Origin: an uncultured Candidatus Saccharibacteria bacterium
GTDB lineage: Bacteria; Patescibacteriota; Minisyncoccia; Minisyncoccales; CAZJYW01
Length of the DNA: 45,659 bases
Reading direction: 5' to 3'
Assembly: GCA_964550395.1 (NCBI GenBank)
Contig: CAZJYW010000001.1
Coordinates: 1-45,659, forward strand
Made by a program: the position numbers and the translations under genes. Below are positions 40,846 to 45,659 of the stretch, in pieces. The notes under the pieces were generated by a model that was given only the letters and a program-made list of their open reading frames with translations, did not search any database and was not told the DNA's origin. Numbering within the stretch: position 1 is the first letter of the stretch; every line of letters begins with the position of its first letter.

Positions 40846-42429
40846 ATGCAAGCTGACTATTTAAATCTCTCTTGGGCCCAGGACCTTAAAAATCCTAAAG
40901 AAAAATTTTTATACCGATTTTTTGAAATTTTTCCGGGGTTTTTGTCTTGGGGGACTTTAGGCGGTGCTTTTATTTTATCTTGGTTGGCTCCTGTCGCGGT
41001 GGCTATTTTTATTATTGCTTTCGACCTCTATTGGCTATTAAGAATTTCCTATTTATCTTTCCATCAGTTGGCTAGCTATAAACAAATGAAAAAAAATCTT
41101 AAAATCGATTGGATGGAAAAACTCAAAAAATTGAAAAACCTGCCTGTCGGCAGGCAGGGATGGTCAGAAATCTACCACTTGATAATTCTGCCGACGTATA
41201 AAGAAGGAATTGATACAGTAAGGCCTACCCTCCAAGCTTTAGAAGGTTCAAATTATCCTCATGATAAAATGCTCGTAGTTTTAGCTGTTGAGGAAAGAGC
41301 CGGGGAAGCCGCTCAAAAATTAGCTAAAAAGATTAAGGAAGAATTTGGTAAAAATTTTTTTCAATTCTTAATTACGACTCATCCTCAAAACATAATAGGG
41401 GAGGTAGTTGGAAAAGGTTCTAACCAGGCCTGGGCAGCCAAAATTGCTAAAGAGAAAATAATTGACCCCTTAAAAATTCCCTATCAAAATATTATCGTTT
41501 CGGGATTTGATATTGACACCAGAGTTTATCCTCAATATTTTGCCTGTTTAACTTGGCATTACTTAACCGCTAAATCGCCTTTAAGGTCAAGCTATCAACC
41601 CATTCCAGTTTATAATAATAATATCTGGCAAGCTCCGGCTTTTTCCCGGGTAATTTCTACTTCCGGCACCTTTTGGCAAATGATGCAGCAGGAAAGACCA
41701 GAACAGCTAGTAACCTATTCCGCTCATTCCATGCCTTTTAAAATTTTCGAAGAAGTAGGTTATCCCACCAATTTAATATCGGTTAATGACGATTCCCATA
41801 TTTTTTGGAAATCTTATCTTTACTATAACGGGGATTACCGGGTGATTCCCCTGCATTATCCCGTCTCAATGGACGCTGTAATGGCAAAAAATTTGTTAGG
41901 AACGGTCATTAATCAATACAAGCAACAGCGGCGTTGGGCCTGGGGCTGTACGGAAGTCCCCTATATTTTTTATGGTTTTTTAAAAAACAAAAAAATTCCT
42001 CTCAGGGAGAAATTTCGCCATTGTTTAAGTCTCTTAGATGGGTTTTGGTCTTGGGCAACCTGTGCTCTGCTCATTTTTTTCTTAGGATGGTTACCTCTTA
42101 TTCTGGGAGGCGAGGAGTTCAACATTAGCCTACTCTCTTATAATTTGCCAAAGCTGACTGGTCAAATCATGACCATAGCCATGATTGGGATGGTGACTGG
42201 AGCCATTGTCAGTATGTCGCTTTTACCTCCTCGGCCGGCAGGTTGCAGCCGCTGGAAAAGTCTTTCTATGATTTTTCAATGGTTGCTATTGCCTCTAACT
42301 TTAATTGGTTTTGGCACTTTCCCTGCCCTAGACGCTCAAACTAGATTAATCTTAGGAAAACCTCTTGGTTTTTGGGTCACTGAAAAAATTAGCCCTCCCA
42401 TCGCTTGGCAGCAATCAGAAACCCAATAA
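40846..42429 (+). CDS. Membrane-embedded family 2 glycosyltransferase (processive, cellulose/chitin-synthase-like)
   Basis: N-terminal and C-terminal TM bundles, a GT-A core (ILPTYKEG, DKMLVVLAVEE, GFDIDT) and the Q(Q/R)xRW motif QQRRWAWG. The track start at 40837 lies within the tRNA-Glu, so the ATG at 40846 is preferred. Confidence 0.8.
   Translation: MQADYLNLSWAQDLKNPKEKFLYRFFEIFPGFLSWGTLGGAFILSWLAPVAVAIFIIAFDLYWLLRISYLSFHQLASYKQMKKNLKIDWMEKLKKLKNLPVGRQGWSEIYHLIILPTYKEGIDTVRPTLQALEGSNYPHDKMLVVLAVEERAGEAAQKLAKKIKEEFGKNFFQFLITTHPQNIIGEVVGKGSNQAWAAKIAKEKIIDPLKIPYQNIIVSGFDIDTRVYPQYFACLTWHYLTAKSPLRSSYQPIPVYNNNIWQAPAFSRVISTSGTFWQMMQQERPEQLVTYSAHSMPFKIFEEVGYPTNLISVNDDSHIFWKSYLYYNGDYRVIPLHYPVSMDAVMAKNLLGTVINQYKQQRRWAWGCTEVPYIFYGFLKNKKIPLREKFRHCLSLLDGFWSWATCALLIFFLGWLPLILGGEEFNISLLSYNLPKLTGQIMTIAMIGMVTGAIVSMSLLPPRPAGCSRWKSLSMIFQWLLLPLTLIGFGTFPALDAQTRLILGKPLGFWVTEKISPPIAWQQSETQ
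41139..41158. repeat. GC-rich hairpin in frame in the GT2 gene
   Basis: CCTGCC-TGTC-GGCAGG plus CAGG. It encodes LPVGRQG and resembles 23192-23211 in infB. Confidence 0.65.
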
Positions 42430-42477
42430 TCAATGATTGGTTTGATTGGTAATATAATGGTAGCCAAGTGGCGGGGA

Positions 42478-44625
42478 TTATTCTAAATGAATTCTCTCTC
42501 TAAATTCTTTTAATCTTTCTCTTAATAAGGGGTATTTTTTTAGTTCCGGGTCTTTTTCTAATATTTCTTTTGCCGCTTCTCGCGTTTTTTCAACCAGCTC
42601 AAGGTTTCCCATCGAGGCCATTACAAAATTAGGAATGCCCCACTGTCTTTGGCCGATTAAGTCTCCCGGGCCCCTTAGTTTTAAATCTTTTTCCGCCAGC
42701 TCAAAGCCGTCTTGGAGCTGAGTCATCGCCTTTAAGCGGGGATTATTGGAAAAATCAGAAAAAAGAAAGCAATACGACTGATTTTTATCTCTTCCTACCC
42801 TGCCTCGGAACTGATGAAGCTGGGCTAATCCGAACTTGTCCGCTCCTTCAATCATCATTATAGTGGCATTTGGAAAATCAATTCCTACTTCTATTACCGA
42901 GGTTGAAACCAGGATATCGGTCTTTCTTCCTTTAAAACTTAAAAGCGCTTTTTCTTTTTCTTCGGTTTTCATTTTGCCGTGAAGCATTCCGACATTTAAA
43001 TCGGGGAAAATTTCTTTTTTTAATTTTTCATATTCTTCTTTGACTGCTTTGGTTTCCGCCCAAAGAAAATTTCTTTTATCTAAAGTTTCTTGAGTATTGA
43101 GGGCTTGCCCGCTGAAGCTCTCAGCGGAGGCGGGTTCAATTCTGGGGCAGATTACAAAAACCTGTCTGCAGTTTTTAACTTCCCCTCTAATGAAATCATA
43201 GGCTTCCTGTCTTTTTTGAGGCGGAATGATTCTGGTGATTATCTTTTTTCTTCCCTTGGGCATTTCTTTAATCAAAGATAAATCTAAATCGCCGTAAATT
43301 GTCAAAGCCAGCGTTCTTGGGATTGGAGTAGCACTCATTGAAAGCAGGTGAGGCAAAAATTCCTGTTTGCGGCAAAGTTTTGCCCTCTGCTCTATCCCAA
43401 AGCGGTGCTGTTCGTCAATAATCACCAGCCCCAGTTTTTTAAATTCCACTTTTTCCTGCACCAAAGCGTGAGTTCCGATTAAAATGTCGATTTCCCCATT
43501 TTTCGTTTTGTCTACCATTTCTTTTCTTTTGATTTTTTTGTTGTCAAAGAAATTCTCTTTCCCTGTTATTAATCCGATTTTTACTTTAAATCCTTTCAAT
43601 AAACCGTTGAGCGTTTTAAAATGCTGCTTTGCCAGAATTTCGGTCGGTGCCATAAAGGTTGTCTGAAAGCCGGCCTTGACCGCGTTTAAAACCGCAATTG
43701 TGGCCACTACTGTTTTTCCGGAACCAACGTCGCCGTCCAGAATCCGGTTCATCGGCCTTGCTTTTTCCAGGTCTTTTAGAATCTGCCAGGCGGATTTTTT
43801 CTGGTCAAGAGTCAATTTAAAAGGAAGTTTTTGTATGAATTTTTTGGTCACTTCAAGATTAATAGGAATAACAATTGCTTTTTCTTTCGCTAATTTTATT
43901 TTTTCACGGAGAATCGCCAAGGCGAGGTCAAAAAGCTCTTCAAAGACAAATCTTTTTTTTGATAGCTTGGCTTTTTCTAAAGTGTCGGGGAAATGAATTT
44001 GCCAAATCGCTTCTTTAATCGGAAGAAGGTCGCTCTCTTTTCTTATTTCTTCGGGCAGAGTTTCGGGAATTTTGTCTTCTATTTTTGTTAAAAGGGGTTT
44101 GATAATAAATCTTAGCCAGCGGGAAGACATTCCTTCTGTTTCAGGGTAAATGGGAACGATTCTTCCGGTATGGACCGAATCGTATCTTTCTCCATTTCCC
44201 AGAGCTCCTGCAAATTGGGGCGGAATTTTTTCATAAGCCGGGCTGGATAAATATCTTCTTCCTTTTTTTGAAACCATTTTCCCGACCAGAAAAACAAAAT
44301 CGCCTTTTTTAAAGGTGTTTAATAAATAGGGCTGGTTGAACCAAGTAACCCGGATTCCTCCCGAATTGTCGTTTACCAGCGTTTCGGTTATGGTCATTCT
44401 TCTTTTGAAAATCCGGATATTTTTAATGTCTGCGATTTTTCCTTGAATGCAGACGGTTTTTCCTTCTTCAACTTCTGAAATCGGAATTATATCAGAAAAA
44501 TCCTCATAGCGATGAGGAAAATGAAATAAAAGCTCCCCGACAGTCTTAATCCCCAATTTTTTTAATCTTTTTTGATATTGGGGGCCGACCCGAGGAATTT
44601 TCTCAATAAGAGTAGAGAGATTCAT
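42478..44625 (-). CDS. recG: ATP-dependent DNA helicase RecG
   Basis: N-terminal wedge/OB domain and helicase motifs GDVGSGKT, DEQHRFG, SATPIPRT and QLHQFRGRVGR. The start is set at the ATG at 44625 (MNLSTLIEK), because the upstream ORF extension covers a tRNA gene. Confidence 0.92.
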   Translation of the reverse strand: MNLSTLIEKIPRVGPQYQKRLKKLGIKTVGELLFHFPHRYEDFSDIIPISEVEEGKTVCIQGKIADIKNIRIFKRRMTITETLVNDNSGGIRVTWFNQPYLLNTFKKGDFVFLVGKMVSKKGRRYLSSPAYEKIPPQFAGALGNGERYDSVHTGRIVPIYPETEGMSSRWLRFIIKPLLTKIEDKIPETLPEEIRKESDLLPIKEAIWQIHFPDTLEKAKLSKKRFVFEELFDLALAILREKIKLAKEKAIVIPINLEVTKKFIQKLPFKLTLDQKKSAWQILKDLEKARPMNRILDGDVGSGKTVVATIAVLNAVKAGFQTTFMAPTEILAKQHFKTLNGLLKGFKVKIGLITGKENFFDNKKIKRKEMVDKTKNGEIDILIGTHALVQEKVEFKKLGLVIIDEQHRFGIEQRAKLCRKQEFLPHLLSMSATPIPRTLALTIYGDLDLSLIKEMPKGRKKIITRIIPPQKRQEAYDFIRGEVKNCRQVFVICPRIEPASAESFSGQALNTQETLDKRNFLWAETKAVKEEYEKLKKEIFPDLNVGMLHGKMKTEEKEKALLSFKGRKTDILVSTSVIEVGIDFPNATIMMIEGADKFGLAQLHQFRGRVGRDKNQSYCFLFSDFSNNPRLKAMTQLQDGFELAEKDLKLRGPGDLIGQRQWGIPNFVMASMGNLELVEKTREAAKEILEKDPELKKYPLLRERLKEFRERIHLE
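43105..43137. repeat. GC-rich hairpin in frame in recG
   Basis: CCGCTGA-AGCTC-TCAGCGG, a perfect 7-bp stem inside CTTGCCCGCTGAAGCTCTCAGCGGAGGCGGGTT. It encodes part of EPASAESFSGQA. Confidence 0.6.
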
Positions 44626-44626
44626 G

Positions 44627-44699
44627 TGCGCCCGGTAGGAGTCGAACCTACAAGCTTCAGGTCCGCAACCTGACATTCTGTCCATTGAACTACGGGCGC
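44627..44699 (-). tRNA. tRNA-Arg (anticodon GCG)
   Basis: Acceptor GCGCCCG/CGGGCGC. Anticodon arm TCAGG-TTGCGGA-CCTGA. T-arm GTAGG-TTCGACT-CCTAC. Confidence 0.75.
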
Positions 44700-44741
44700 G
44701 AATACTATTTAAAATTATCATAAAATTCCTTTAAATTCAAG

Positions 44742-44770
44742 TTGACTGAAATAATTTTAAGAAGTAAAAT
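44742..44770 (+). promoter_or_regulatory. Sigma70-like promoter for the tRNA-Ser pair
   Basis: TTGACT (44742-44747), 17-nt spacer, TAAAAT (44765-44770). The tRNA starts 9 nt downstream. Confidence 0.55.
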
Positions 44771-44779
44771 GGAGTAGCC

Positions 44780-44873
44780 GGAGAGGTGCTTGAGGGGTTG
44801 AAAAGGAGAGTTTGCTAAACTCTTATAGGGTGTAATAGCCTTATCGTGGGTTCGAATCCCACCCTCTCCGCCA
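44780..44873 (+). tRNA. tRNA-Ser (anticodon GCU), CCA encoded
   Basis: Acceptor GGAGAGG/CCTCTCC. Anticodon arm AGAGT-TTGCTAA-ACTCT. Long variable arm. Confidence 0.85.
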
Positions 44874-44896
44874 ATTGGCGGATTCTATAACCGAAA

Positions 44897-44983
44897 GGTG
44901 GGCTGTGTCGAATTGGTAAGACACCAGTCTTGAAAACTGGGGCCCTGAATAAGGGCGTGTAGGTTCGAGTCCTGCGCCCACCG
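44897..44983 (+). tRNA. tRNA-Ser (anticodon UGA)
   Basis: Acceptor GGTGGGC/GCCCACC. Anticodon arm CCAGT-CTTGAAA-ACTGG. Long variable arm. Confidence 0.85.
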
Positions 44984-44990
44984 CAAACTT

Positions 44991-45014
44991 AAAACCGGCA
45001 ACGCCGGTTTTTTT
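44991..45014. terminator. Bidirectional terminator between tRNA-Ser and comF
   Basis: AAACCGGC-AAC-GCCGGTTT followed by TTTT. Confidence 0.75.
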
Positions 45015-45024
45015 GAAATTATGT

Positions 45025-45659
45025 TTAAGGTGAGTTGTCGTCTTCTGGTTTGGCTCGAGCTACGACAATGCCAATGATTTCTTTGGCGCCAGCTTTCTTT
45101 AAAACCTTGGCACACTCTCTCATAGTTGCGCCAGTGGTATAAATGTCATCAACTAAAAGAATTTTTCTACCTTTAATTTTCTCGGGGCTTTGACAAAAGA
45201 AGGCCTCTTTTATATTTTCTTTTCTTTCTTCGTCGGATAACTCAATCTGGGGCGGGGTTTCCTTTATTTTTGCCAAGACGTTATTTGATAATGAAATTTT
45301 TAAAAATTTAGATAGTTCTTTTCCAATTTCCTCGGCTTGATTAAATCCCCGCCGCTTCAGTTTCCTTTTTTCGAGAGGTACTGGAATCAAAATATAATCA
45401 GAAAAATTAGGTTGGTTGTCGAGTAATTGAAAATGGGTTATTATTAAGGAAGTTAAGGGAATGGCCAGTTCTTTGACAAAGGGTTGATATTTAAATTTTC
45501 GGATTAAATTTTTAATCAATAAATTCTGATAGGGCAGAGCAAAATATAAATCTTTAAGGTTTTGAGTTTGACTTTTTTGATGAGTATTTAGAACCCCAAG
45601 AATGCTCTGGCAGTCTTCGCAAAGATAACTTCCTTCCCGACCACAGTTAAAACAAAATT
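45025..45659 (-). CDS. comF: ComF-family phosphoribosyltransferase-domain protein (5' end beyond the window)
   Basis: PRTase motif ILLVDDIYTTGAT. The frame stays open upstream of the track start, reading ...FCFNCGREGSYLCEDCQSILG (an N-terminal zinc ribbon) to the window edge. Confidence 0.8.
   Translation of the reverse strand, partial: FCFNCGREGSYLCEDCQSILGVLNTHQKSQTQNLKDLYFALPYQNLLIKNLIRKFKYQPFVKELAIPLTSLIITHFQLLDNQPNFSDYILIPVPLEKRKLKRRGFNQAEEIGKELSKFLKISLSNNVLAKIKETPPQIELSDEERKENIKEAFFCQSPEKIKGRKILLVDDIYTTGATMRECAKVLKKAGAKEIIGIVVARAKPEDDNSP

Noticed and set aside
44626-44721. A 32-codon N-terminal extension of recG (MIILNSIRARSSMDRMSGCGPEACRFDSYRAH).
   Set aside because: It is the antisense translation of tRNA-Arg(GCG). 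The RecG homology starts at MNLSTLIEK.
1-45659. A search for CRISPR arrays, transposases, integrases, prophage genes, toxin-antitoxin pairs and known defence-system signatures, and for a reassigned genetic code.
   Set aside because: I saw no regularly spaced direct repeats and no recombinase, transposase or phage-like ORFs. Long ORFs close with TGA, TAA and TAG, so code 11 fits. The only nuclease-like accessory gene is the small GIY-YIG ORF.

Overview
The window is AT-rich and gene-dense. It looks like a reduced, Candidate Phyla Radiation (Patescibacteria)-type bacterial genome using the standard genetic code, since TGA, TAA and TAG all act as stops. I find no transposase, integrase, CRISPR array or recognisable defence genes.

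**Content, start to end:**
- A 2288-aa secreted, cysteine-rich giant surface protein (34-6900).
- rny (RNase Y).
- A histidine kinase and a receiver-only regulator leading a type IV pilus block: pilB, pilC, three very large pilin-like or PilX-like proteins, pilM, pilN, pilO and a LysM protein.
- Housekeeping genes: htrA-like protease, infB, rbfA, rplS, an RluA-family synthase, ftsH, an S1-like protein, gyrA, valS, recG and comF.
- Two TrbC/VirB2-like small pilin paralogs separated by a GIY-YIG gene.
- An hsp20-prsW pair and a membrane GT2 glycosyltransferase.
- 20 tRNA genes, scattered in small clusters.

**Main finding:** several families of short, GC-rich palindromic elements stand out against the AT-rich background.
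- They occur between genes, where some look like terminators.
- They also occur in frame inside essential genes: infB, rplS, valS, gyrA and recG, plus an MBL-fold hydrolase, the GT2 gene and hsp20.
- The clearest case is a two-hairpin element of about 55-66 nt. It has two intergenic copies (11864-11929 and 38578-38630) and one reverse-complement copy inside infB (24243-24301), where it adds about 20 residues.
- The pattern resembles the Rickettsia palindromic elements.

**Other points worth a second look:**
- An 872-bp near-identical direct repeat inside the giant gene.
- A duplicated cassette of about 70 nt (8-bp inverted repeat, -10 box, shared ATG-TTA-AAA-TTT start) in front of pilM and the DUF4446 gene.
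- The GIY-YIG gene is bracketed by 12-bp inverted repeats.
- A compositionally atypical gene resembling the MYG1/DHH family.
- Several non-canonical tRNAs: C33 in three, altered D-loop/T-loop elbows in two, and the rare anticodons UAU and GCG.

All calls come from reading the sequence by eye. No database search or structure prediction was run.
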